NCBI GenBank assembly: GCA_041661745.1 | Contig: JBAZTR010000003.1 | Location: 91,007-155,006 of the forward strand | DNA from: Patescibacteria group bacterium | Lineage (GTDB): Bacteria; Patescibacteriota; Patescibacteriia; UBA9934; GWF2-40-263 | Direction of reading: 5' to 3' | Length of the DNA: 64,000 nt | In this document: in pieces, positions 18,754 through 27,088 of the stretch | How positions within the stretch are numbered: the first letter of the stretch is position 1 | Layout: each line of letters opens with the position of its first letter | Translations under genes and position numbers: made by a program | Notes under the pieces: generated by a model | Seen by the model: the letters and a program-made list of their open reading frames with translations, nothing else | Database searches by the model: none | What the model was told of the DNA's origin: nothing

Positions 18754-18853
18754 TGGAGAGGTGGCTGAGTGGTCTAATCCCGCCTGGCGTCCCGCTCTGA
18801 GAATTACAGCGGGACTTGGCGGGACCCCGCCAAAGCGAAGCGAAGGCGGGGGG
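18754..18853 (+). repeat. tRNA-Ser 5' fragment (23 nt, identical to the first 23 nt of the downstream tRNA-Ser) followed by a GC-rich double-hairpin element
   Basis: GGAGAGGTGGCTGAGTGGTCTAA, then TCCCGCC-[TGGCGTCCCGCTCTGAGAATTACAGCGGGACTT]-GGCGGGA-CCCCGCCAAAGCGAAGCGAAGGCGGGG. Same stem sequences as the insertion in the tRNA-Leu pseudo-copy. Confidence 0.6.
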
Positions 18854-18865
18854 GCGCTTGTTTCT

Positions 18866-19108
18866 ATGTTTAATACATATATTCTATTTAGTGAAAAGCA
18901 TGATCGTTATTACATCGGATCGACATCAGATATTAATACGCGCCTACAACGACACAATGCTGGAGCAACGGCATCCACTAAACCTTTTCGACCCTGGGTT
19001 CTTGTTTACGAAGAAAAATTCGAAACAAAAACCGAGGCTCGAAAGCGAGAAAATCAAATTAAGAAATATAAAGGAGGTAGAGCTTTTAAAAAGTTAGTCT
19101 CAAGGTAG
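18866..19108 (+). CDS. GIY-YIG nuclease family protein (YhbQ/UPF0213-like)
   Basis: MFNTYILFSEKHDRYYIGSTSDINTRLQRHN...VYEEKF...ARKRENQIKK matches the GIY-YIG/YhbQ fold motifs (YIL...YIG..D...R...HN...E). The track ORF starts upstream in the GC hairpins, so the first ATG after the element is used. Confidence 0.7.
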   Translation: MFNTYILFSEKHDRYYIGSTSDINTRLQRHNAGATASTKPFRPWVLVYEEKFETKTEARKRENQIKKYKGGRAFKKLVSR

Positions 19109-19111
19109 CAC

Positions 19112-19201
19112 GGAGAGGTGGCTGAGTGGTCTAAGGCGCCAGACTCGAAATCTGGTGTACTCGCAAGGGTACCGTGGGTTCAAATCCCACCCTCTCCGCC
19201 A
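19112..19201 (+). tRNA. tRNA-Ser (anticodon CGA), long variable arm, CCA encoded
   Basis: GGAGAGGTGGCTGAGTGGTCTAAGGCGCCAGACTCGAAATCTGGTGTACTCGCAAGGGTACCGTGGGTTCAAATCCCACCCTCTCCGCCA. Confidence 0.9.
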
Positions 19202-19213
19202 GAAAAAAATTCC

Positions 19214-19238
19214 AAACCGCCATCACGGCGGTTTTTTG
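19214..19238 (+). terminator. Rho-independent terminator
   Basis: aaccgcc-atcac-ggcggtt plus a T run. Confidence 0.6.
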
Positions 19239-19302
19239 TTTTTTGTACACAGAACAAACCTTCCTGTTTTTAAAATAACCGTTTATAATAACGGACACAA
19301 TT

Positions 19303-20136
19303 ATGAAAATAAAAATCGCTGTCGTTCAGTTTAAGATCGCCCAACTCGATCCACAAAAAAATTATCAAAGGTTGGAACAGTTTGTTAAAAAGGCCCAAGC
19401 CAAAAAAGCGCAAATTGTCGTCTTTCCCGAAGATTGTATAAGCGGCTCCATTGAAGACTGCGCCACTGGAGAGAAAAATGGTTTTAAAAAATGGCTTGAT
19501 ACAGATGGCCAGACTAAAAAATTTTTTCAGGGCCTGGCTGTTAAATATAATATCGACATCGTTAGCGGCTCGAATACTGAACTCGTCGGAAAGAAAATTT
19601 TTAACACCACTTATTACATAGACTCTCAAGGTAAAATTTTGGGTCAGTACCGAAAAAATCATCTTTATAAAACAGAAAGGTCATTTATCACAGCGGGAAA
19701 TAAAACCTCGGTTTTCAAAACCGCTTGGGGTAAGGTCGGTCTGGCTATTTGCTGGGATATTACTTTCGCCGACATCTTTAAAAAGATGTCTAAGGCTGGA
19801 GTTAAAATGATTTTTTGTCCAAGTTATTGGTGGCGCGGCATTTCAGAAGATGCCTACACTCTTAACCGTCGTTATCAAGAAAAGGCTATCGATGCTCTGT
19901 GTTTAACTAGGGCCTTTGAAACAAAAAGTGTCTTTGTTTATGCCAACGCGGCCGGTAAAGCCGTCTACAAAAACAAAACCAGTGATGTTTTGATTGGTCA
20001 CTCGCAAATTACCATGCCAATTTTAGGGGTGGTTAAAAAACTTAATCACAATTGGGAAAGCATGTTTATCCAGGAAGTCGATCTGGGCCTGCTTGATAAG
20101 GCAAAGAAAATCTTCCACAACAAAAAGAGAGGTTAG
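19303..20136 (+). CDS. Carbon-nitrogen hydrolase (nitrilase superfamily)
   Basis: Catalytic triad context FPE (Glu), RKNHLY (Lys) and LAICWD (Cys). Confidence 0.75.
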   Translation: MKIKIAVVQFKIAQLDPQKNYQRLEQFVKKAQAKKAQIVVFPEDCISGSIEDCATGEKNGFKKWLDTDGQTKKFFQGLAVKYNIDIVSGSNTELVGKKIFNTTYYIDSQGKILGQYRKNHLYKTERSFITAGNKTSVFKTAWGKVGLAICWDITFADIFKKMSKAGVKMIFCPSYWWRGISEDAYTLNRRYQEKAIDALCLTRAFETKSVFVYANAAGKAVYKNKTSDVLIGHSQITMPILGVVKKLNHNWESMFIQEVDLGLLDKAKKIFHNKKRG

Positions 20137-20145
20137 CAAACAAAA

Positions 20146-20173
20146 AAGCCTTGTTAAAAACAAGGCTTTTTTA
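20146..20173. terminator. Bidirectional terminator
   Basis: agccttg-ttaaaaac-caaggct followed by T6. Confidence 0.6.
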
Positions 20174-20184
20174 AATTAATTTTA

Positions 20185-20802
20185 TTATGGCATGCGCAAA
20201 CGCCTTTTGATTGGAAGTAATAAAAGTGCCCCAATAATTCCAACAACCGTCAGTCCAATAATAAGAGTTGGAAAACCCATGGTCATGACCAAAACTCCAC
20301 CAATGGTCGCGGCTAAAGCCGAACCGAGGTCGGTTAGCATAAAATAAATTCCCCATTCGACCCCGACTCTTTCCTCGGAAATATGTCTGGTAAAAATTGC
20401 CATGAAAGATGGAAAAGCCATGGCCGCTCCGACCCCTAATAAAAATTCAACAACATAAAGCTGAAATGGGGTGTGAATAAACAAAAAGGCTAAAGGAATA
20501 ATGGCAGAAAAGAAGGTGCCAATAAACATTATTAAAAAATCATCACGCTCACCTTTTATTTTGTCCATCAAGTGGGCAAAAGGAACTTGTAATAAACTTT
20601 TAGAAAGCAAAAACACCGTGGCGGCAATACCAACAACCATGGCGTTGGCTCCAACAATATAATTTTCAATAAAAAGAGCGAAGACTGGCCCAAGAAGGCC
20701 TTTAGCACTAATAAAAACAACGTCGGAAATAATCAGAAATCTAATTGTTAACCCGGTATCAGCCAACAAATACTTTCGAAGAGGAACAGAGAAACGCCCC
20801 AT
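20185..20802 (-). CDS. MFS-like six-TM membrane protein (half-size or truncated MFS transporter)
   Basis: 205-aa ORF with six hydrophobic helices and MFS-like loop motifs. Confidence 0.45.
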   Translation of the reverse strand: MGRFSVPLRKYLLADTGLTIRFLIISDVVFISAKGLLGPVFALFIENYIVGANAMVVGIAATVFLLSKSLLQVPFAHLMDKIKGERDDFLIMFIGTFFSAIIPLAFLFIHTPFQLYVVEFLLGVGAAMAFPSFMAIFTRHISEERVGVEWGIYFMLTDLGSALAATIGGVLVMTMGFPTLIIGLTVVGIIGALLLLPIKRRLRMP

Positions 20803-20852
20803 AGCGCAAATAAAGAAAAAATAGTATATTAATGACAGTAATATTTTACCCT

Positions 20853-21722
20853 ATGAAGATAAGAAAAGCTATTATCCCGGTCGCGGGCATGGGCACCCGT
20901 TTTTTACCGGCTTCCAAGGCCCAGCCAAAGGAAATGTTGGCCGTAGTCGATAAGCCCATCATTCAATATATCGTGGAGGAAGCGGTAGCCGCCGGCATTG
21001 AAGAAATTATTTTCGTTACCGCCATCGGCAAGCGAGCGATTGAAGATCATTTTGATCGCAACTTCGAGTTGGAGTATCGCTTGGAACAAAAAAACAAAAT
21101 CAAAGAGCTTAAAGAAATCCAAAGCATTGGTAAACTGGCCAAGTTTGCTTTTGTCCGTCAAAACAAACCGCTGGGCGATGGCCATGCTGTGCTCTCAGCC
21201 TTACCGTTTATTGAAAAACACGAGCCTGTAGCCGTGCTGTTTGGCGATGACATTATTGATAGCAAGGTGCCGGCCATCAAACAGTTGATTGAGGTTTACG
21301 AAAAATATCAGGATCCGGTCATGGCTTTACAAAAAGTTCCAAAAAAACTAGTTCCCAGCTTTGGGGTTATTGGTGGTAAAAAAGTTGATACAAAAACCTG
21401 GCAAATCGATCGTTTTGCCGAAAAACCAGCTTTGAAAGAGGCACCCTCTGATTTAATCGTCATCGGCCGTTATGTCTTGACTCCGGAAGTTTTGACCCTG
21501 CTCAAAGACACCAAACCCGGCAAGGATGGTGAAATTCGCCTAGCCAACGCTTTCGAAACTTGGCTTTCCATGAACCGTGCACTGTACGGCTGTGCTTACG
21601 AAGGAACTTGGTACAACTGCGGAAACAAACTGGGTTTTCTTATGGCTCAAGTTGAATTGGGTCTTAAACACCCGGAGGTTGGTAAGGATTTCAAAAATTA
21701 TCTCAAAAAATTCCTTGGTTAA
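20853..21722 (+). CDS. galU: UTP--glucose-1-phosphate uridylyltransferase
   Basis: MKIRKAIIPVAGMGTRFLPASKAQPKEMLAVVDKPIIQY is the GalU N-terminal signature; about 290 aa. Confidence 0.85.
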   Translation: MKIRKAIIPVAGMGTRFLPASKAQPKEMLAVVDKPIIQYIVEEAVAAGIEEIIFVTAIGKRAIEDHFDRNFELEYRLEQKNKIKELKEIQSIGKLAKFAFVRQNKPLGDGHAVLSALPFIEKHEPVAVLFGDDIIDSKVPAIKQLIEVYEKYQDPVMALQKVPKKLVPSFGVIGGKKVDTKTWQIDRFAEKPALKEAPSDLIVIGRYVLTPEVLTLLKDTKPGKDGEIRLANAFETWLSMNRALYGCAYEGTWYNCGNKLGFLMAQVELGLKHPEVGKDFKNYLKKFLG

Positions 21723-21732
21723 TTTTCAAAAT

Positions 21733-23103
21733 ATGCGACGACTTTTGTCCTTTTTGCTTCTTCTAACCCTTTTACCTTTAATGGGTGCCGGCTGTGGTCA
21801 GTCCCAAGCCGAAAAAGAAGCGGCCTTGCCGGTGACTCTTCAAGTATGGAGCGTTTTTGAAGATCAAGACGCTTTTGAGGAACTAATGAACGCGTATCGA
21901 ACCGTTCATTCCAATGTTTCTTTTAACATGAAGCTTCTTCGCTACGATGAGTACGAGGACGAGTTACTGCAGGCCTTTGCCCGCGGTGAGGGCCCGGATA
22001 TTTTTTCGATTCACAACACCTGGCTTGGTGAATATAAAGATTTAATAACTCCACTGCCAGCCTCGTTGTCTATTCCCTACACCGAAACAACGGGAACTAT
22101 AAAAAAAGAAACCGTTACCACCTTGCGTGAGGAAAAAGCTATTACTCAGCAGGAACTTAAAAACAATTATGTCGATGTAGTGTCTGATGATTTAATTCAA
22201 TCATATCAACCTGACCCAAACAAAGATGCCGAAGACAAAATTTTCGCCATTCCTCTTTACGTCGATACTTTGGTTCTATATTCCAACACTGATATCTTAA
22301 ATTCCGCCAATATTGCCGAACCGCCTGCGACTTGGCAGCTGTTTCAAGATCAGGTCAAACTTATCACTAAGGTAAATACCAATGGTGATATCACCCAATC
22401 GGCAGCAGCCTTCGGGGCCGGTGAGAATGTGGAGCGTTCCATGGATATTTTGTCAGTACTCATGATGCAAAACGGCACGGTTATGGAAAAGAATGGCAAA
22501 GCTGTCTTTTCCGAGCAAACCGAAGATCGTCGCACTCCGTCCTCCGAAGCTTTAAGCTTCTACTCTGCTTTTGCTAACCCGGTAAAAGATGTTTATACCT
22601 GGAATTCGGATATGACCGATTCTTTTGACGCTTTTGTTAACGGTGAAACGGCTTTCTTTTTTGGCTACGCTTATCATTTGCCGCTTATAAAACAGCAAGC
22701 GTCAAAACTTGAATATCGTATTTCCGCCCTGCCACAAATTGAAAACGGAAAAAATGTTAATTTTGCCAACTACTGGGCTTGGACAGTTTCTAAAGCCTCG
22801 AACAATTCCAAGTGGGCTTGGGATTTCATTCAGTATGCCGCCAAGAAAGAAAATGTCTCAACTTATCTTGAAAACACTGTCCGCCCCACAGCCTTGCGCG
22901 GACTTATTGCCGAGCAATCAGAAGATGATGACTTGGGTATCTTTGCCAACCAGCTTTTAACAGCCGAAAGTTGGTATCATGGAAACAATGCCAATGTGGT
23001 TGAGGAAGCTTTTATTTCTTTAATCGATAGTTCTATTACTTCCGGTCTTGAACTTGGAGACTTAATCAGAGAAGCAGAAAATAAAGTTAATCAGACTTAT
23101 TAA
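21733..23103 (+). CDS. ABC transporter substrate-binding (lipo)protein, family 1 sugar-type
   Basis: Signal/lipobox MRRLLSFLLLLTLLPLMGAGC and SBP_bac_1-like length and composition. The track ORF begins upstream at 21577; the signal-peptide start is 21733. Confidence 0.65.
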   Translation: MRRLLSFLLLLTLLPLMGAGCGQSQAEKEAALPVTLQVWSVFEDQDAFEELMNAYRTVHSNVSFNMKLLRYDEYEDELLQAFARGEGPDIFSIHNTWLGEYKDLITPLPASLSIPYTETTGTIKKETVTTLREEKAITQQELKNNYVDVVSDDLIQSYQPDPNKDAEDKIFAIPLYVDTLVLYSNTDILNSANIAEPPATWQLFQDQVKLITKVNTNGDITQSAAAFGAGENVERSMDILSVLMMQNGTVMEKNGKAVFSEQTEDRRTPSSEALSFYSAFANPVKDVYTWNSDMTDSFDAFVNGETAFFFGYAYHLPLIKQQASKLEYRISALPQIENGKNVNFANYWAWTVSKASNNSKWAWDFIQYAAKKENVSTYLENTVRPTALRGLIAEQSEDDDLGIFANQLLTAESWYHGNNANVVEEAFISLIDSSITSGLELGDLIREAENKVNQTY

Positions 23104-23104
23104 T

Positions 23105-23749
23105 ATGCGTCTTTTTATTGTTTCAATCTTTGCGGTTTTACTCCTTGCCCCCTTCGCGGTTTTGGCCGATGCCCAAACCGGTACGTGTGATGTTGCCGGT
23201 GGAGTAACCGATGTCAAAGATGTTGGAATATTTCTATCCGGCGTCTGTAACGAATGTTGGAACGAGGGTAATTGTAGTTTAACCGATTTCATGACCGTTG
23301 TTGCCAATACCGGCAACTTTATTTTGAGCATTATCGCCGGTCTGGTTTTCTTAGTCTACATTTTGGGTGGCTTCTTCTGGATCATTGCCCATGGTGATAA
23401 AGGCATGGTGGAAAAAGGGAAAAAATGGATTAAAAACGCCACCGTTGGTTTGGTCATTGTCCTTTTTGCCTACACTGGAGTGGTTGCCTTGCGGGCGGCC
23501 ATTACCGGCGAAACCGCAAGTACTGGATATGTCATCTGCTCAGGAGCAGACACTGATGGCGATTCGTGTGCCGCCAATTCAAAGTGTGATGGTTTCTCTT
23601 GTGTCAGCTCTTGTGAAAAATCATCTGATGGGGCTATGTGCACCGACGCGGAAACAGCCGCCACTTTCAAAAACACCGAATACTCTTGTACCGATGGCAC
23701 ATCATCCTGCCCCGCGGATTCACAAAAATGTTGCACTCCGGTTCCGTAA
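23105..23749 (+). CDS. T4SS/VirB2-TrbC-like pilin family protein (paralog 1) with a Cys-rich C-terminal extension
   Basis: Sec signal peptide, then two hydrophobic helices flanking the charged loop AHGDKGMVEKGKKWIKN. C-terminal 75 aa contain 12 Cys. One of 5 tandem paralogs. Confidence 0.5.
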   Translation: MRLFIVSIFAVLLLAPFAVLADAQTGTCDVAGGVTDVKDVGIFLSGVCNECWNEGNCSLTDFMTVVANTGNFILSIIAGLVFLVYILGGFFWIIAHGDKGMVEKGKKWIKNATVGLVIVLFAYTGVVALRAAITGETASTGYVICSGADTDGDSCAANSKCDGFSCVSSCEKSSDGAMCTDAETAATFKNTEYSCTDGTSSCPADSQKCCTPVP

Positions 23750-23761
23750 AATTAAAATAAT

Positions 23762-24097
23762 ATGTCTTTAAAAAAAATATTTTTCTCTCTATCCGTTCTC
23801 GGTCTTGGATCTTTACCCTTCACTGCCTCGGCCGTGGCTTTAACTAATCCTCTCGGCACTACGGACATTCGTGTCTTGGCCGGCAACATTATCAAGGCGG
23901 TTTTGGGTCTGGCTGGCGTGGCCGCATTTTTAATGTTTATCTGGGGCGGGGCGCAATGGATTATTTCCGGTGGCAAAAAAGAAACCATTGAAAAAGGAAA
24001 ACAAACGGTTGTTTGGGCAACGTTGGGCCTAGTTTTTATCTTTGTCTCCTACGCCGCTCTCTATACTCTGCTTGCGATTATCGGTTCGGCTTCTTAA
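23762..24097 (+). CDS. T4SS/VirB2-like pilin family protein (paralog 2)
   Basis: Signal peptide plus LMFIWGGAQWIISGGKKETIEKGKQTVVWATLGLVFIFVSYA; same architecture as the neighbours. Confidence 0.5.
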   Translation: MSLKKIFFSLSVLGLGSLPFTASAVALTNPLGTTDIRVLAGNIIKAVLGLAGVAAFLMFIWGGAQWIISGGKKETIEKGKQTVVWATLGLVFIFVSYAALYTLLAIIGSAS

Positions 24098-24163
24098 AAA
24101 ACACTTTAGTTTTCCACACCCCCTCGTCCTCTTCGTCCTCTTCGTCCCCCCAAACCCCTTAAA

Positions 24164-24174
24164 TGTGCTATAAT
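24164..24174 (+). promoter_or_regulatory. Extended -10 promoter (TGtgcTATAAT) for pilin paralog 3
   Basis: The 11-mer tgtgctataat is identical to the one at 10289-10299. A 9-bp tandem repeat cgtcctctt lies upstream. Confidence 0.45.
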
Positions 24175-24206
24175 AAACTCGTTTTAAAAAATCTTAATTA
24201 ATTATT

Positions 24207-24599
24207 ATGACAAAACTCAAAACCCTATTAGCTGGCCTGACCATTTTCGTCTTGTCAGCCCCGATCGCGCGTGCCGATGTTGTCACTGTTAACGAAATGT
24301 TTGGTGGCAACGCTGGCGATGAATTCGCCAACGAAGCTGGCCTTGGGGCCGGCGACCTCACTTCGACCATTGCCAACCTTATCCGCGTTGGTCTTGGCTT
24401 CCTCGGTATCGTCGCCGTCGTTATCATTCTCATCGGCGGTTTCAAGTGGGTAACAGCTGGTGGTGAGGAAGAAAAAGTTAAGAAAGCTAAAAAGTATATC
24501 TTCCAAGGCTTAATTGGTTTGGTCATTGTCTTGGCCGCTTACGCCATTGCCACCTTTGCTTTGGGTGCGATTACTACAGCCATGAATTCGTCCGTTTAA
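24207..24599 (+). CDS. T4SS/VirB2-like pilin family protein (paralog 3)
   Basis: Signal peptide, then IILIGGFKWVTAGGEEEKVKKAKKYIFQGLIGLVIVLAAYA. Confidence 0.5.
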   Translation: MTKLKTLLAGLTIFVLSAPIARADVVTVNEMFGGNAGDEFANEAGLGAGDLTSTIANLIRVGLGFLGIVAVVIILIGGFKWVTAGGEEEKVKKAKKYIFQGLIGLVIVLAAYAIATFALGAITTAMNSSV

Positions 24600-24669
24600 A
24601 AAATTCTCCCCCTTTTACAAAAAGGGGGATAACGCGAGCTGGTGAGTTTTTACCTCACCAATTCACGTT

Positions 24670-24999
24670 ATGAACGATTCAAAACTTCTTGCCGCGGCGA
24701 TTGATACGGTAACCGAGGGCTTGACTGTAACCGGCAGTACCGCTGGTTTTTCAAACCAAACACTCATCGATCTTATTCCCGGAGCAATCAATGTTCTTTT
24801 AGGACTTTTGGGAATTGTTGCTTTAGCTTTTACAATCTACGCTGGTATTCTCTACTTAACTTCACAAGGCAATAAAGACGCGGTGGAAAAAGCAAAGAAG
24901 GTTCTTACCTATTCGGCTATTGGCATGGTTCTAATTGTTGCTTCCTATGCCATTTCCAACTATCTCTTAGGCGCTCTAATTTCACTCTTCTCTGAATAG
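24670..24999 (+). CDS. T4SS/VirB2-like pilin family protein (paralog 4)
   Basis: LYLTSQGNKDAVEKAKKVLTYSAIGMVLIVASYAISNY; near-identical core to paralog 5. Confidence 0.5.
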   Translation: MNDSKLLAAAIDTVTEGLTVTGSTAGFSNQTLIDLIPGAINVLLGLLGIVALAFTIYAGILYLTSQGNKDAVEKAKKVLTYSAIGMVLIVASYAISNYLLGALISLFSE

Positions 25000-25056
25000 A
25001 TAGTCACTAAATTATTCCGTAAAAAATCTTTTAAAAAAAATAATTAATTTAAAAAT

Positions 25057-25449
25057 ATGAACAAAATTTTCGCAACAATAGTGGCTTTTGGGCAGGTCTA
25101 TCTACTCTTTCCTCTTATGGCCTCGGCAGCAGTTCCAACCGGTTTGAGCGGAGCCAATACCGGTTTAACAAATATCGCTACCAGCGCTAATATACAGAAC
25201 TCTGGAGATTTAACAGTGTTAATTGGTAAAGGTATCAATGTCATTCTTGGTCTTTTGGGTATCCTGTTCCTGATCTTTGTTCTCTACGCTGGTTTTCTTT
25301 ATTTGACTGCACAAGGTGCTGACGAGCCAGTTAAAAAAGCCAAAAAACTTCTTACTAACTCTATCATTGGTCTGGTTATCATAATTGCGGCCTACGCCAT
25401 TTCCAACTACGTCATTGGAGCGTTGACTTCCATAACCTCCGCTACCTAA
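25057..25449 (+). CDS. T4SS/VirB2-like pilin family protein (paralog 5)
   Basis: LYLTAQGADEPVKKAKKLLTNSIIGLVIIIAAYAISNY. Confidence 0.5.
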   Translation: MNKIFATIVAFGQVYLLFPLMASAAVPTGLSGANTGLTNIATSANIQNSGDLTVLIGKGINVILGLLGILFLIFVLYAGFLYLTAQGADEPVKKAKKLLTNSIIGLVIIIAAYAISNYVIGALTSITSAT

Positions 25450-25456
25450 AAAAATA

Positions 25457-25494
25457 AAACGCGTTTTGACCATTTGGCCAAGACGCGTTTTTTG
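25457..25494. terminator. Terminator hairpin after the pilin array
   Basis: aaacgcgttttgacca-ttt-ggccaagacgcgttt followed by T6. Confidence 0.5.
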
Positions 25495-25559
25495 TTTAAA
25501 CAAATACCCCGGCCCGCAAACATTTCTGTTGCGAACCGGGGGTGACGCTTCCCCACCCT

Positions 25560-26300
25560 CTAGAACGAGGGGGGGACGGAGAGTTCCTGCGGCCCGGGAA
25601 GATCTCCGAAGATTCTCCGGGTGATTTCGCCGGAATCGACCAGCCAGTAGCCGGGCCGACTCTCCGTGACTTCTCGGAGGACGAAGTTGGACGACGCCCC
25701 AGGGGTGCCGATCAACCAGATCGTGCCCTCCCCCGACCAGGTGACCGGGGTGCCGGACATCTCGACCTCGGAGACGCGATCGTCTCCGTTGAAGTTGCCG
25801 ACGACCGTCCGGACCCGACCGAACCGATCGATGACCGGGACGATCCCTTCGGGCCCGGCCACGGTGTAGGTCCGGCCGCGGTCCAGCTGGATCGTGGCGC
25901 AGTGGTCGCACTGCAGCCACCGGACCAGTCCCAGGGGGTTGTAGGAAAACGCCCGGAGCGGCGGGTCCATCATCTCCGGCGCCTGGACACCGCCGACCGG
26001 GAAGGCCGGGGGCATCGGGCGGATGACAGGAACCGGCTCGGGGACGGACGCAGGCTTGGCGGCCACGGCCAACTTGGCCTCGGCCGCGTCCGCGCGCCAC
26101 TGGGCCCACGCGAGGTCGACGGTCTGGATGCAGTCCTGGTCGTCGCCGACGCAGGCCTGCTTCAGCGTCAAGTAGCAGTCGATCGGATCGACCGCTTCCT
26201 TGCACGCCCCGAGCTCGGCCGCGGTGGCGGCGAGGGCGGAGGTGGAGGCGAAGAACGCGATGATGGCCGCGGCGAGGGCGGCGAGGATGGAACGGATCAT
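25560..26300 (-). CDS. Hypothetical secreted protein (high-GC island gene)
   Basis: Signal peptide MIRSILAALAAAIIAFFASTSALA; Cys-containing mature region. Coding GC is far above the window background. Confidence 0.45.
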   Translation of the reverse strand: MIRSILAALAAAIIAFFASTSALAATAAELGACKEAVDPIDCYLTLKQACVGDDQDCIQTVDLAWAQWRADAAEAKLAVAAKPASVPEPVPVIRPMPPAFPVGGVQAPEMMDPPLRAFSYNPLGLVRWLQCDHCATIQLDRGRTYTVAGPEGIVPVIDRFGRVRTVVGNFNGDDRVSEVEMSGTPVTWSGEGTIWLIGTPGASSNFVLREVTESRPGYWLVDSGEITRRIFGDLPGPQELSVPPSF

Positions 26301-26351
26301 GGTGAATCTCCAGAAAACGGAAGGGATGGATTGGATTGGACCGGAGCCAGA

Positions 26352-26789
26352 TTACTCGCCGGACTCCAGGATGACCCGGAAGTCGGCGCGCGACCTCTCG
26401 AGTTCGACTCGCACCTTCTCGAGCTCCAGGAGGAGCTGCCGGTCGATAACGAGCGTTGCACCACGGCTGTCCATGGCCTGGGTCATGCCCGACTGCTGGA
26501 GAGAGACCCAGTCGGTGAGACGGGCTCCCGGCGTGGCGGACCACGCCTCGAACGGGAAGAGCCATCCGCACTGGCTGGGGTTCACCATGCATGCCGCCTG
26601 CGCTTCGGCCAGGGTGTACCTGGCGGAGGCGTCGATCACGACGGCCGCGCCACGGGGCGTGACCGCGCGAGCGGCCGCCTCGAGTTCGCCATTGACTCCC
26701 CGATGCACAGAGACGCACCCGTTGAGGACGAACAGTACGGCGAGAACGAGGACGGAGAGGATGGAACGCATGGATGCTCCTTGGCGCAA
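26352..26789 (-). CDS. Hypothetical lipoprotein (high-GC island gene)
   Basis: Signal peptide with lipobox LNGC (MRSILSVLVLAVLFVLNGC); 145 aa. Confidence 0.45.
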   Translation of the reverse strand: MRQGASMRSILSVLVLAVLFVLNGCVSVHRGVNGELEAAARAVTPRGAAVVIDASARYTLAEAQAACMVNPSQCGWLFPFEAWSATPGARLTDWVSLQQSGMTQAMDSRGATLVIDRQLLLELEKVRVELERSRADFRVILESGE

Positions 26790-27088
26790 TGCACCTGAAC
26801 GGATTGTGGTTGGTTGAGTTGGTTTTCAGGTTGAAAAGAACCGAAGAAGCAGCAAAATTTCCTTTGTTTAGCGGCTTTTTTGGTTCTTCTAAGCTTTCAA
26901 AAGTACTCAATAATATATCACAAAATTGGGGTTTTGTCAAGGCATGCGACTGAAGAATTTATCTAATTTAAGCTAATTTTAGTTCTCCCTCCCTCATATA
27001 ACTCTTGTTTTTTATATGGGGGAGGGATGGGGAGAGGAAAAAATAAAAGCCCCAGCCTGAGTTAACAAGCCGGGGCGAGGAGTCGGGC

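Noticed and set aside
24121-24150. Tandem 9-bp repeat cgtcctctt x2.5 upstream of pilin paralog 3
   Set aside because: Too short and few units to call a functional repeat; probably a slippage remnant in a promoter region.
25542-26798. 418-aa plus-strand ORF (and many other long ORFs in 25.5-29.6 kb, e.g. 27092-27961, 28040-29362, 25219-26940)
   Set aside because: These are R/G/P/D-rich translations typical of spurious antisense or alternate frames in high-GC DNA. The minus-strand ORFs carry signal peptides and lipoboxes and are preferred.
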